This document shows, one piece after another, positions 33,701 to 48,700 of a stretch of DNA of 64,000 nt. This DNA comes from Yuukianura sp. NJ FZ-2021 (taxonomy: Eukaryota). The first letter of the stretch is position 1; every line of letters starts with the position of its first letter. A program made the translations under genes and the position numbers. The DNA lies in NCBI GenBank assembly GCA_046563655.1, contig CM102286.1:2790001-2854000 (forward strand). The letters are read 5' to 3'. The notes under the pieces were generated by a model, which saw only the letters and a list, made by a program, of their open reading frames with translations, was not told the origin of the DNA and did no database searches.

Positions 33701-36700
33701 CAAAACCTTTCACTCGTTCAACATTGAAATGTTTACTTTTAAGCTTAAAATTCTCCAGGAAAATTGATGAGCAAAATGTACTTTGTTCCAAAAACGTTCG
33801 ATCGCCTCAAGCGTTGTTTCTGTTTTTCTACTTTAACTTTTAAAATGCTCAAGTGCTACAGAGAAACCGCCTCAAATAAAACACGACTTTCTCCGCTTTC
33901 TATATTTGCTAAAATTTGACATTTTTTTACGTATGAAAAAAATTCTGTGCTCACGGCTAAACTAAGCAAAAAAGGATATGAACTTGATCTTATTTTTACA
34001 AAAATAGTATTTGTAGAGTTTATGTTTTTTTTACTTATAGCACAACTGCGTTAAGTGTACTTGCCTGGAGGAGTGTAGCTGGAAAATAGCGGTAAATGCA
34101 TACCGCAAGTTAAAGAAGCTGGGAAAAGCAATTTTGTGGAAGAAGAAGAAGAGGAAAGCTTACGCCTTCAACTTTTCATTTATTATCTTTCATCCACAGC
34201 CTTAAGCTGCTCTCCCTACATAACAAAACACACTTTGCTTTATTTTCCGTGAAATTTCCTATTTATTTACTTCCAATCCACGCCAAACCACTTTCTTTTC
34301 CGCCCAAACCTAATGTTAAACAAAATAAACCGTCCAGGAAATCTACTTAGGCAAACCGCCGAAACAAGGTCACCAACACAAAGCGGTTTTTCAGTAAATT
34401 ACTTTGGCAAAGACATTTTCTCCGCTCATTTGTGGTTTTCCTAAGCCTTTGTTGTCACAGCAACCCAGGATCTACCGTACTCTGACTAATTGCGACTTTT
34501 CAAAATTTAGGACAGCGGTGGAGTGAGTGGCAGGAGCAAGTTATTTTTAAGTGATATTTGACAACTAATTACTTTAAGAAGTATGCTAGGCACTCTTTGT
34601 GATTAAGTGTCTCTCTAGAGAGGCTCAATTAACTTGGAGACACTTTGCTAATTAAAATTGAGAGCCCTTACCTTGAGGGTTGAAGGTATTCTTCTTCAAT
34701 TGGAACACAATGTGTAGCATCATCGTTTGGAAATGTGTTGGGTGAACAGGACACGCAGAGACTTTCATCCGTTTCATGTAGAATCTAAAAGGAAGTGTCA
34801 ACAGAAGAGTCTCAACATGAAATATGAAGTACACTGTGATAGATGATGTTTGAACTAACGATTATTTTAACAAAATGACAAGACGAAAATCTTTAAAAAC
34901 TTCCCTCCAGCTTCTTCTTAAAGAAAAACACTTCAGTTTTAGAAATTAAAATTTGACTGCAAACTTCAAAATTTTAAAAGCATGTTAAAATAGTTACAGT
35001 TTGAGTAGTATTTAGTAAATTTATTTGCCTCCAGCATATAGCAAAAAGCTTTGAACTTCAAACGAGCTTTTAGTCATTTGGGGCAAAGCGAGAAAATGCG
35101 TCTAATATTTACTTTCTCCCGTTGTAAATTAAATTATAAACCGCGTCTGATCAAATATACTTATCAAAATAAATATTTCTGTTAGCTTAAGTTTTTCCTC
35201 TCAGAACTATTTCAGATTCTGTTTAACAGGATGCAAAATTTCTAGAATTTTGAGAGTTCTGCCAAAAAAAAAACGCTGGACACTGGAGAACACTATGCAG
35301 CAAATTGAGTTTTCCCTCTGATTTGATGACTTTGCCTTTTGAAAGGTTGTGGAACTTTATACAGCATTAATAATTAAATTCGGGATTTCATTAGTTGAAA
35401 CGGCCCTCTGGAGAATGAAGAGGGACCATAATGCCAACCTCTGCAAACTTTATAATTAAATGGGCCGTTTCAACCGAAATCCTAATTCAGTTTCTCCTGT
35501 AACTACATGTACTTGAATACATATATAGTCAAAGTTACCTGGTCTCCAGTGCATTTGACACAATTCCAACAGCACATTGCAGAGTTTCCAGATACCCGGT
35601 TTTTGGATTCTCCTGGACCACATTCATCTGAACACACCGAAACTGGAACGTTTGTTCCATGTGCAAATTGAATCTCTGCAAAAAATTATTTATAGGTTTA
35701 GCAACAAAAAACATAATTTATAGGCTCAAAATTAGATTAAACCACATTTCGATTATCCAAACATTCCGAGTTTAATATGACCTGCGTATGCAATTTCTGA
35801 AAATCTTGTTACAAGCCTGTTTCTCTTATATTTCATTCATTGTCAAAATTTGGTTTTTACAAGCGAAAAAAATTGAACCTTGGGAAAATTTTTACTTTTT
35901 TTGCTCTTTTTTAAATCCTTTTATTCTTCTAAAAAAAAACATAAAGACAGAAACATTTTTACTCCAAAATCTTAGAGCAAGTTCAAAGTAAGACAGAACA
36001 TCTTTCGAACAGAGCAGAATTAACCTCCCGCCGTGTTTTTTTCTCTCTTTTTGGCCAACTTCTGTGTCCGCCCAAATGAACCCTTTGAACTACATAAACA
36101 GGCCTGTCAAACATATGTACTTACATATAACATATTTTTTAAATATTCAGGCGCTTTCGACGGAAAAAAATATTTACGTTTTTAGTAAATATTTACGTAC
36201 ATATTTTCGCTTTTTCGTCACTTTTTTGTGAAAAACAACTGAAAAATGACAGTTTTCGGACTATTTCAAGACTTTTCGGACTTTTTCCTCTAACCTAACC
36301 TATGTCTGGGCGGCGATCCGTTTGATCGGTAAAAATGGCGGTTTCTAGAAAGGAAACCGGTCAAAGTAAACCAGAATTTCGCCCGTTCGATTACAGCGCG
36401 TGCCGTACGCCACGGTATTTGTAACCACACAATCGATGCACTGAGCGGATGCAATGAGAAATGTTTTTCCACAACTAATCCTGTTATGTTTGTTTTAATT
36501 AAAAGCGTTTTAATTTTTGTATTAAGTAGCCCCTTATACTTTTCATAGACCAATGAATGTGAGTTCGTGTCAGCCGAAGGAAAACCCGAATCCGAAAAAA
36601 AAACAGTATCCGCATTTTAATTTGCCGTGTTCATTTTGTCGGTGGCAAGTATGCCTGAGTCTATATTGACGCACATAGCGTAGAGGTTCAAGGAATACAA

Positions 36701-39700
36701 TTCACGGTTACGTCGTACATTGTTCTCCTGCCTTTACATGCTTTATCCGACAAACACATAAATGTATTTATAGTTTCACAGGCTTAAAAGCATCAGGAAT
36801 TTTGCGATTCCTTTTTAAAAGTCATAAATATTGAACTTTTAGTAAATATGTTAGTCCATATTTCACGGTTTTTGATACATATTTAAATAAATATTTTGGT
36901 GGTTTTTAGCACATATTTTTGACAGGCCTGTACATAAAGTATGTTTTAAAGTTTCTGCTTTCTCTGCTTTCTCTCACGCAAAGTCCAACCACTGCCGACA
37001 CGAAACAAGAGCAGAGATTTAGGACCTTGTTCTTCGAATTTTACAATTCTAGAAAAGCAGCTCTTAACTTCTAGATTTTTTTTTTGTAAAAGCTGCTTTT
37101 AAGAGCTTAGAAATATGAAAAAGCGGAGAAAGGAAAAGAAACTTTAGTGCCAAAATGATTTTCACTTTGAAAGAGAAAATCATTAAGTTTTACTCAAATT
37201 CGACTCAGGTTCTCATTAGGAAAACGAGTAAAAGGAATACATTATAAACAGCAGTTTTACTCTGTTCTGTTTGAATAGCTAAGTCCTTATGAAAAATAAA
37301 GCTAAAGTGAAGAAAACTTGTTTTTAAAAGGAAAATAAGCATAAGATGAAAGGAAAAGATCTGTTTGTAGGCTTACTTTCACTTTGCAGTTTCACTTTGC
37401 TTTCTGCAAATTCTCTTAATGCTAACGTTTCCTTAAGTAATTGCTTTCTCTTTCAAAAAAGTAATCTTAGCAATCTTAATAATTTAACGACAGCAACTAG
37501 TGGCTTGTTGCTCCAATTTTCTGCTGTATGCATTTTGTTTAAAAATTCAACACTTTTATGAAACATACATCATGCATCATTGGTTTCTTCACATACATAA
37601 CTGCATGACATGAACAAACACTTCGGTCTACCCACGTAGTAGAAAATTTGAAGTTAGGTGGAAAGTCAACAAGCAGAACCGTAAGCTATTCTCTTTGAAG
37701 TTTTGCTCGTTATTTGAAAATTTCTGTTATTTTAGGCAAACATTTTTTGAAGTTTGAGTTTTGAGCAAAACAAAAATCATCCGAACCAAGGTTCCTTAAC
37801 AACCGAATTGTGTTTCCTACAACAGGTTGTCTGACAACTAAGGGTTTTCAAAAATCTTGCTTTAGACAACTTTTAGCACCACCAGTTTAGCACCATTCCC
37901 ATTTAGATTACACGCAAAAAATTGCCTTAGAAAGGCAGATTTGCTACTTTCAGACAAATTTAAAAACTTCGAGTTATCGGACAACCTGGTGTAGAAAAAG
38001 CTTTCTTTTTGTTTACAAACCTTGCTCCGAACCAAACTCCCTTGTTATTTTGAAGCACTCATAAGTTGCTATTTCTGAAAAAAACGTATTCTAGCGCAGA
38101 TAGTACTACAGGGCTGTCAAGTAGTGAACAGAATGCTGTTATGCTAACGTCGCGATGATGACATCGTGACATGTTTTGTTATGCTTCGCAGTTATGCTAA
38201 AAAGAGACTCACTTGACATGTTCAAAGTCAGGGTCCCTTCGTCATACTCCCCTACTGGAATCCATCCGTACTTTTGCTTTTCCTTGTCCAGGGCACGGAA
38301 GTGGATGATGTTGTAGCGAGCTGGGCCGTCACTGAGAGCATCAAAGTGAAAAGTGTCGTTGCTCAGTCCTGCAAATGGAAAAATTACATTAGGAATACTC
38401 TGTAGTCACGGATATGACAACGTATAGATCCAGGAAAAAACATGCGGGGAATTTCAAAATGTCCTTTTCAAAATTCTTCAATCACGAAATGCAGATTCAA
38501 TTTAGTTTTGACCGGGTCATATGACATGTCGTGGCAGAAACAAATTTCTGGCTTCTGAAATCCCTTGAAAACGCAACCTCGGAGTAGTGGTTCAGTGCAC
38601 GCATCATTTCACTTTAACCATTAGGTTTGAATTTGTTGTTAACTTAGTTAGGCACTGCTTTGTTATGTTATGATAAAGTTAGGTTTCATATCTTCAACGA
38701 CTTCCCTAATGACATATTCTACATGGAAAGAGAAGCAGCGTCATTCAAGCCAAGTCCCGCTCATTTCCTTACAAAAGTATCTCAGAATCGGCTTAAAAAG
38801 TTGCAAGTAAAAAATTAGCCCGAAATTTAAAGATTTTGAACATCGGTTATTTTACAAACAAGAATTCAAAGGATGGATTAGTCACTTTGAAATTAAGCCG
38901 AGATTTTCAAGGAGTTGTCATTAGGCACCTTGGTCATGTTACTTTGACAAGGTTTTATGTTCTCTTTTTAAAGTTTCCGCCTCAAGGGGACACGCGTACT
39001 TTTCAAACACTAGGGTCACTCGGGGAGTTTTTGTGACTTACCTACAAATGAGACGTTTTTGAGATAACCGAGTAGAGTGGTTCCGTCGACAGGCTTCATT
39101 TTGCTACAAACTCCCGGGTTTTTCTCTCCACCACAAATGACCTTGTGCATGTCCCTGTGAAAGTTGCGACCCAGAAAAAATAAAAAAGTTGGAGTTACAG
39201 CTAATTCACTCTTTTTCTCTTTGATTGAAGTGGAACGACCACTTTTTCAAGAGATACGCTATCCTCTTCGTTTGGAACTAACAAAGGGCTCAGGTTTCTT
39301 TTTTTCAGTTACTTTGAAACGAACTTACTTTCAAATTAGTTCAAATTTCCAATTTTTTTAACTTCAAGTTAATAGTTCTCACGAATCATCAAAACAAGTA
39401 AAACGACACTTTGTTTTCGGTCCGTAATTAGTTTAGTTACATTATAACGAGTTATTCAAGACTAAATGTAATGGGATTGTGTAAATTTAGTTAACTTAAG
39501 TTACATTGTACAATTTATTTTTGTTACAATGTATATTTCAATATTTATCGCCTTTTTTGAAAAGTGACGTTATTTGTCGTTGTAATGTTGAGATAGCGCT
39601 GTGGTGAAAGCTGTTACTGTTGAAATTTCCGCGTATATTTTTTTAGGCCAAATCAGTTTTTGGTGGAACTTTGAAAGTGAAAGTGACCCTGATATACTTT

Positions 39701-42700
39701 TGGCCTACAGCAAATCTCGTAGTGTTTCTTTGAAATAGAAAAGACTTTAAGAGAAAATCGTAAAAGGAGGTTTGAATTCGTGCGCGCCTAAGCGTGTGTG
39801 CCTTATTTGAAATTCTGGTTGAAAATCCTTTCCTGGATTTCCTGTTTCAAGAAATGGAGGTTGCGGCCGGAAGCGTAGGGTTTCATGGTTCACAGAGGAA
39901 TGCTCAGTTAGACTAAAATGTTCCGTTGGGCTAAAATGTTAGGCTAAACTAAAATGCCATGTTAAGGACGGATTTCTTACCGAAGTGCATGTGCTAGAGC
40001 CATCACGGCATCAGATACGAACTGCAACTGAGCTTCAAATTGAGTATTTCCTTCTGTCAGTTTCTCATCTCCGGTACACGTATCGTTGAACGATTTGTGT
40101 CGAGCTATCGTTGTATTTGGGAATTTACATTTGAAATGGTGTTCCCAAAATTCTGAAACACAAACAACAGTTTTTCCAATCTTACTTTTTCAATTTTTTT
40201 TTTGAAATTGAACGCTTTAGAACGTGAACTGAAGAGTAAAGCTCCAAAGTCCTATTTGAAGGAAAAATAGGAATTGAACTGAAGAGGTCGAAATCTTTTG
40301 TACAAGACGAGTTGCCCAAGTGAGTGTCTGATTTTGCCAAAATAAATCTCTGTCGTCATAAATTATTGTGGAAGGGGCGGGACGCTTCTTTCTTCTCAAC
40401 TTTCTCCATTTTTGCTCTTGCTAGCACTGTTCAAATGCACTACATTCACATTCCAGTGGGAAAAGTGCCGCTTGGCCTTAGCTGGTCGAATTGGATTTGA
40501 ACCAAAAAGCAGAGAAAGTGGGACAGATCAGAAGGAAAATGACAAAGTTCCTATTGGAAGAGTCCTCTCAAGTGAGTCCTCGTAACCACAAAATAAATCA
40601 ATTAACGCTGCCAGGATTCGAGAACGATTTATGAATCCCTTATTCTCCATCACCACCGATTCCAAAGTCATTCAACAACACTACTTTCGGCTCTAGTCAA
40701 TACCAAACACACTGTCATTAGCACCCAAAACATTTCCGCATTCCAGATAAATAGGAAAAGCGTGCTTTTCATAAAAAAAAAACTCGCGAAAACCGCGCGT
40801 TTGTCATCGCTTAACACAAAAAAAGAGAGTTATGGCGCCAAAAATGAAAAAGAAAGCAAAACAAAATGTAATGAAGTAAAAAAAAAAGAAGTTAAAAAAT
40901 ATCTGGAAGTATTAATGAAGTTGGCCAAGGGGTGGGCAAATGAAAGCATAAAAAGGGCGATTCTAGCCTAGCCTAAGTCTACACACACAAAAAGACTAAA
41001 CTTACGCCCATCATGACCAAAAATATTGAAAACTTTGAAAAATATTTATTGTTTTGCAAAATAAAATTGATTATTTTAAACATTTAATTCTTTTTTTATA
41101 AGCAACAGAATCCATTGAAAGTAAATTTCAGTTCAATCAAACACCAGATTTTAATAGCTTATTCTAAACCGAATTTCAATTCAATTTTTCTTCTTATTTC
41201 TCTTACCTGAGAGATAAAAGAGATAAATTTAAAATAAAAGTAGGTCAATAAAAATAAGTAGAAAAATTTACTTTGTCGTTTACTAAGTTTTTTGAAACTG
41301 CTGAATAGAAATTGGAAGGTTAATGGAGCATTGAAGCCGTTAAGAAAAAAAGAAAGATCAACTGTACTTTTACTCCGTGTCCCACAAGACCACTTTCCTC
41401 CGCCTTAAAAAAGTTTAATCTCCATTTTTTAACCGCAGGGAACAAAAGCATTAATAGACTCGCTGATAAAAGAAAGCAGAAAAAAGCTTTCCGTAAGGAT
41501 TTCTTGTTCAAAGTTCACAAAACGGCTTTCGTTTTCGTTCATCCGGAGAAGTTCAAATTTTTAATGGAGTGAGCAGAAAACAGGAAAAGTATTTGCAGTT
41601 ATTTTCGTTTCAGTTCTCTAGAGAAATCTGGCTAAAGTTTAACCTAAATTGAAAAGCAAAACTGCTGGAGAAGAGTTTTTGGGTCAGCTTAAAAACTTTA
41701 ACTTAATTTGACGTTTGGCGGGGTCATCTTCATCACAAACTAAACTTTTTGAATTCCCGAGACACTCATTTCCTTTCCGCCCTTGTCGATTAAGTTTCCT
41801 CGCTTTCTCAATTTTTAATCTCAACAGTTCCGCTGAGAATTCAAATTACTTTCTTCAACGCCGTTTTCACTAAAGCCAAAAACCGTGCGGGAGAAAGTAG
41901 ATTTGCAAACGAACCTAAACGCCTATTTCCTTACCGGTTCAATTTATATTCCTACTGGAAAACTAACACAGTAATCACATCAAACTTTCACAGAAAATTT
42001 GCTCCTGCAAAATTTTGCAGTAATCTTCAACATGGGCGTCCGCACGACCTGCCCCTAGGTTCCTATAGCAACAAAATACTTTTCCTTTAACGGGTTAGGC
42101 AATAAGCCTTGTTTTCCAAAAATCTCGCCCCAAACAATTTTTTCCTCCAATCCATTTGATGAGAAGGCATGGTGAACCATGTATTGCTAATTTGTCAACA
42201 AAATTTAAAAAGTTCGAGTTATTGCCTAACCTGTTGAAGAAAAGACTATTTCCTTGTTTACAAACCATGACCTGCCTTAACTTTGTCTTAAAAAAAGAGC
42301 AGCTAACTTACCAACAAACCAAGGGTTTCTGGTGTTTGTTTTGACATTGAGATTGAAAAAGTACTGGTCAAACCCAATGACTTTGTTGGCTCTAGGCTGG
42401 ACACTCAGCGTTCCCTCCACTGCCTCTTCGTTGCCATTGGACACGAGTGTCCGGGAGCTCCATCCGTCGGATCCGATCCAAGTGAAATGACCTGTAGCAT
42501 TTTGACGTCGCACTGCAGCCATTAGTTCTTTGACTTCTTGATCGGATCCAAAGATAATCACGCCTGAAAGGAAAAAAGAGACCGGAAATTGATCGCACAA
42601 AAGTCCTGCTATTTCTTTTCAAAATCACTTTGTCTCTGTTGCAGGACAGAGAAAGGCCGCGTGTCATTACCTCTGCTTTCACCATCAAACTTCTCTCGTA

Positions 42701-45700
42701 AAATTTAATGACAACCCTAATGAACCTTCTTTTCATTTTTGAAAACCTTTGTTCCCGCTTCAAATCAAATTCGTTCAAAAAAATTTCACGTCCTCTAGAA
42801 ACCGAAACATGTCTTAAACCAACGAAACAAACAAGAAATGTTGAAAACCAGAAATGTCCATTTTCAGAAGTTTCACATTTCCGAAGACGCGTTTTTCTGC
42901 TTATCTTTATATCACTTGTGACAACGGTCAGAAATGAAAAAAAAAATTATTAGCACTTTCCTAGAGATAATTTGTTTTTGCAGTTATGGAACACGCCTGC
43001 AAATTTGAAATAAAAAATTTCGACGAAAGTTCAAGGGGTTGCTCTAGTTAGTCTTCGCGTTAAAGTTATGTTATACTGAACTGTTTATATGAAAAGTGAC
43101 AAAATATGAGCTGCTAGCATATGCCTTTGTTGTCAAAGATTGGATTAATGGAGCAAATTTATTATTTTTGGCGGACAAATTTATAACTTTATTATGAGTG
43201 ATTTGAAAAAGTAATTTACGCAGGAAATTGGAAAAGTTGTGGAAAAAGAAGTTTGCGTTTGTTAAGAGTCTTTTCTTGTTAGATAAAAAGTTACCCATCT
43301 TTTAGGCTAAAAAGCCAATAATTGATTTAGAGTGCTTACTTAAGTCACTTTAACGTGCATCTTTAAACACGAAATGTTGGTAACTTTCTTTTCATTTTTG
43401 CGTCCAAAAATAAACTGATGAAGATTAGAAAAGCTTTTAAAAAAGTTATACTGTCATTTCCAGACGCAAGTTTTCTCAAGAATTCTTTTTCTTAAAAACT
43501 ATCTACAACGCAAGTCACTTTTAAACTTTCTCCTTACAAGATTCTTCGTTCTTTGTTTAAGAAGTGGGAAGAAAAGTTTTCGAAGCTGAATTTTTTTCCA
43601 CAATAGGTTTGAATTGGATGCATAACTTATTAGGTCTCTGATCAATATTTATGTGAAACTTCTACCAATTCTTTTTGTAAAAAACTGCGTTCAAATTTTT
43701 TTTGAAAACAGTAAATCAAAATGGGCGCTTAGGGATTCTATCCTGAGTTCTTATAATAAGAGATGAACAAGGCTCGTGTTTTTCAAAAACGAAAATCTTG
43801 TTCATTTTCTTTTCACATGTCATGAAAGAGATTGAATTTGATTTTATTTTAGATTAGATTGGACGGAGATAGAATCCTCATCGGACCATTCCTACTGGTC
43901 TTTTTCATTTTAAATTTTAAAAATTTGAAAAAATTTATTGCGTTGAACGTAGACAACAGATTCTGCAGGAGTTCGTGTCTCGAGGTGGTTAAATTTAAGG
44001 ATTTTTGCACTTTTGTTCAAATTGCTTCTTTTTTGATTCTTTAGCAGATTTTTTGAGACTTCAATTTTATTTAAGTTTCGTGAGTGCATGTGCACAAGCA
44101 GTTGAGAAAATGTTAGTTTTATGTGAAGATTTTAAGTTGAGTGACCTTTTGCCCGCGGAGCTGCTTGTATCCCTCTGACAACGTCGTCGTATGACTTCTG
44201 TTCCGCCACTCCGGAGTCCTTGACGAGCATCTCCTTTGCGGCAATACAAATATTTCGTTTTGGCAAAAGCTTTTCCAATTCCTCCAGGGCCTGAAAATAG
44301 TGTAAAAACACAATTTAGATCCCACAGCAGGGGTGGAGACAATACGAACTGCTCAAACTGCGGTGCGCACCAAAGTTGCCGCTGAATCCCAGCCTGGAGA
44401 AAGTCAATATTTACGCTGCTCTACCTCAATTTAAAGTTGCGCGACGCTCTCAACATTTCTTTGGCGCTTAAAATGAAAAAGGTCTGTCAAGTCAATTTTA
44501 AAAGACGGAAAAGTCCGTATGACAAGGAGATCGCAATTCCGGTGGGAACATAAATTCACTACTTTCCCACCTCCTTTTCTTCATATTAAACTTGCTTTCC
44601 CCATTTCACGGAAAAGAGGAGGAAGAGAGAGACTTTTTGAAAAATACAGTTTTTGAAAAAACATGAAGTTTCAGTTTGCGCTGGAATAAAGCCCAAACGC
44701 AGAGGTGGGAGCCTAAATCAACTGAAAAAGAAAGAGCGCGACGGTTTGAAACGCATTTTCGGTTGGCCTGTTCTGCCATTTTCCAGTTGGAAAATGAGGA
44801 ATTTGCAGAAAAAAAACTGAAAAAAGGAGAATTGGGATTTAAGTGTGCAGAAAATATGGCTTGGATCCAAATCTCTTGGCGAGGTCAACTCCGTATAAGA
44901 GTTCTACTGTTGAACCAAAAAAAGTTAAGATCAGTTGACAAGCTGGTTCAGTTCTGGCGGGAAAGAAGATGAAACCAGCGAGCGGGAAAAGCTGAACAAG
45001 AAAAGGCGGGAAACAAAGGAAGATTCAAAAAAGAAGAGGAAAAGATCTCATAAAAGCCGAAAGTCTATGAGCTTTGTCAATGAGACACTAGCGTAAGGAA
45101 GGGATTAAAAGAAAATCAAGATAGTTTTTTTGAAAAGGCGCTTTCACTTTTGTGTTGATGAAGCTTAGAACTTGACGTGTGAAAGCGCGGCAATTTTTGA
45201 AAGTGATTGATTAGACAACTGCCATGTTGTTAAGAAGTGAAGAAGCATCTGGCAGTTTAAGCTTCAAGAAGAGCAAGCTTATACTGTCTATCGATCTCTG
45301 ATTAAATCTGATAGTTTCAAAATCCGATCTCATCACTTTAGACCAAGATTGTTTTTGTGCTTTTTAAAATTTCGGTGCGAAGTTCTAAAACTTTTAGAAA
45401 GCCAGCGTAAAAACGAATAAAATTGAGTAACTGAAACTCCTATGGCATTCCATTATCTTTTAAAAATGCAGACAGTGAAAGACTTTCCCGCGCTTTTATT
45501 ATTATTACCCGCCTCTGCCAAATTCTTAATTTGGCAGTAGAACGTTAGATAAATTTTGCCAGAAGGCTTCTTTTAAATAGTTTATGAAATAACATTTGGA
45601 AAGTTCATAGTTCATTATTAGTTTCCTCGACTTTTTGGAATTTTGAACACAATTTCAACTTAAAGTTAAGCAAAAAGAATGTTTTGACTCAAAAATTCTT

Positions 45701-48700
45701 GTTAGACTTTTGACTTTCGAGATTTTTTTAAGATTCAGTTTTTACTTTAGGGTTAACGGCCCATCTCATTCTATTTGTCAATAATAAAAACTGAGTTATG
45801 GATTTTACATTTTGCCAAATCTCGCAAATCGCGTTTCGCGCATCTTCGCACTCTGAGTAAATCTCTTGCTTTTGTTGAATCTACTACGGTAGACTGTGTG
45901 AGTGCAGCTTTTGTAGTATAGAGATCAATCGATCTGGAAAAAAGTGATTTTTTGCATCATAAATTTTTGAAATCTAGTTTTACCTTAGTGCCGTAGTTTG
46001 ACTCTTCGTAGATGATTGAAATGTACTTCCACCCAAATCTGTCAATGATGTCAAACATCACTTGAACCTGGTTCTTGTCTGATGGAATAGTGCGTGCAAA
46101 AAAGTCATAGCGTTGCTTGTTACTCAATTCCGGACTCGTCGAGAAAAATGACACCTAGAACCAATAAAATTTTTGAAGACATTTGGTTTTTTCACAAAGA
46201 AAAGAAAGGACAAGCTTTTGCATAACTTTTGTTAGAAATTTTCAAACTATTTACCAAATTCTTAAGCTGGGTGATTCAGTTACTCTCATTACGCAAAATG
46301 CTCATAATCCAGCTTTTGTAAAGTTTGAAAATTTGAAAATCACTGCCATTTCTTCTTACCTGTGGAATTTTGAAAAGCCTAAGAAGATTGGCCACTTGAA
46401 TGGACGTGACCGACGAAGAGGCTCCAACTACTCCCGAAATTACTTTGTTCTTTTTCACAGAATCGTTTGCACAACGGCCCACGTCCACATCGTCAATGTT
46501 ACTAATGGAACCTTTTGAAAACAGAAAAGAAGTCATTTCAGCTTAAAATTCATGACGAGAGGATTTTGATGATTTCTTCCTTGGAATTTTCAAATTTCAA
46601 GTTTTATGGTTGAATAGTTTGCGTACGGTTGACTTAAAATGGCCTCATCGTACAAGGTTCATTATTTTCAAAAAACATATTTTGAATAGAAGCATAATCA
46701 GAAGAAAATTTTAATTTGGGTGAAAGCAAAATGAATAGGAGATGCGAAATAGAAATTCTTTTGAGACTTTTTTGCTTTAAAAATTTCAAAAGTATCTACC
46801 ATGACTCCTGCTAATAATAGCCAACAGTTATTTTTCTTCCTCGCTCAAAATTTTACGCTAATTGAGCTCTCCAAAAATTCAATTCCTTAGAGGGCTTTGT
46901 ACAAAGAGCTCTTGAGAGGATTCAAAATGAGCTCTTGCTGTTTTTTGAAATTTATGACATCATAACTACTGTTGCCTGTCACCCACTTGCCCCCTCCACG
47001 GACGCCTCTACACAGCCTCAAACCGGGAAATTAGATTTTGAAAATCTGAAGAGAGAAAGCAGTGGGAGAGCAACGCAGTAACAAATGTAACTAACCACCA
47101 CGCCTTGTTAATTTTTCCATCTCATGGTCGTTACCGTAACTTTCACTCGTTCCTCTCCAAACTACAAAACAAACTGCACGCTAACCAATTCCAATCACAT
47201 ACTTACACATACAGTAATAAAAAAACACTTTCTTAAAAAAAAAACTACCTAAAAAAGAATTCCGAAATGATTTCTCCACATACCAAAGTTGAGTCATTCA
47301 TTCTGCAATAAAACAACAAGATTGCACCAAAGTAATGGTTTTTTCTTTGTTATTTTAACTTCGCGCGGCCATATTAATATTCAGTGTTTTTGTTTTGTAA
47401 GCAACTTACGGATAAAAACACAAATTGCAGCTAACTGTGCAACTTTTTTGTGCTTATTTGGAATTTTAACCAATTTTTGATTTAAACCACAAAAAAAAAA
47501 TATTGCTTAAATCAAAAACCATTCAACCCTGCTTGAAAGTGAAAGTTAATTTTCTCCTGCCTATGCTTCAATGTAGTATGTCTGTTCCCGAAGTTTTAAA
47601 TTAAACTTCGAAACTTCAAAATTTTGAAATCTAAAAAAAAGTAAAAACGTTCGAGTATGACTAGACCACTCTAGTCGACGACCTCCAAAATTTCAAGTTT
47701 TTTACACCTTTTGTAACAATAAAGTTGGAATCGAATCCTCAAACTTTCTCTTTCCCACTCCTTCTGTAAAATAAAGATGAAAGAGCAGCAGGTACCTGCT
47801 ATAGAATGGAAAGGACTTTTTCAAAAACTTGAAAACTTTTTTCTTTTCAAGAACAAGCACTAGGCGGATCGTAATCATATTTTTTGAAAAGTTCAGAGCT
47901 TTCCTATTGCGTTTTGAACCCGTCATTTACTTGGCACCGTTCCCAGCATCCTATTCTTTTGATTTGATTTGATGCTTCCCGCTCTCTTTTGCTTTCACTG
48001 TACCTCCATTACCACCTTAGCATGAATTCCACCTTTACACTAACCGGTGACAAAAGAAGATCCATTTTCCTACTATACTGAAAGTACTATAAGCCATTAT
48101 ACTATATAAAAATACTATAAGTCAAAAGACTATAAGGCTCTCGGCTCTTGGGAAAACCACTTTCACAGAAACCCAAAGAACAATGGACTTTTTAGTGTTT
48201 TTTACGCTAAGATTTTTCATTCTATGAAATGCTGCTGCGCCTACGTTAACATAGAGCACTTTTGGATATTAAGTAGGGCGAGACACAAAATGTAAAAAGT
48301 GTCATAAGCAGAAAGTGCAATGTTGCAGTTCACCATCTGCTTTCACTTGAGTAATGTTCCAGTTCCACAAGCAACACAAAAGTACAAAGCTGTATTTTCA
48401 AAAGTTTGGTTCAAACTCCAGCCATTCCAGACTGAGGTTTAACAATGGTTCACGACGGTACATAATAGCTTGTGACTCGCATCCATGCACCGGGGAGTCG
48501 TAAAAGCTTGACCACAACAGTCCATCACCAAAACTTTTTTTTTCTTATTGTTAGTTCAACTAGTGTTCACCGAACCGGCGCAGAAGTTCAAACACCAAAA
48601 GTCAATGGGAATGCAACTTTCGTCGTCAAAAGAAAAAAGACTTTCATTTCCTCGGTCAACTTTTAGTGTTGGAAATTTCCTGGTGGAGTCTCTAGGGATG

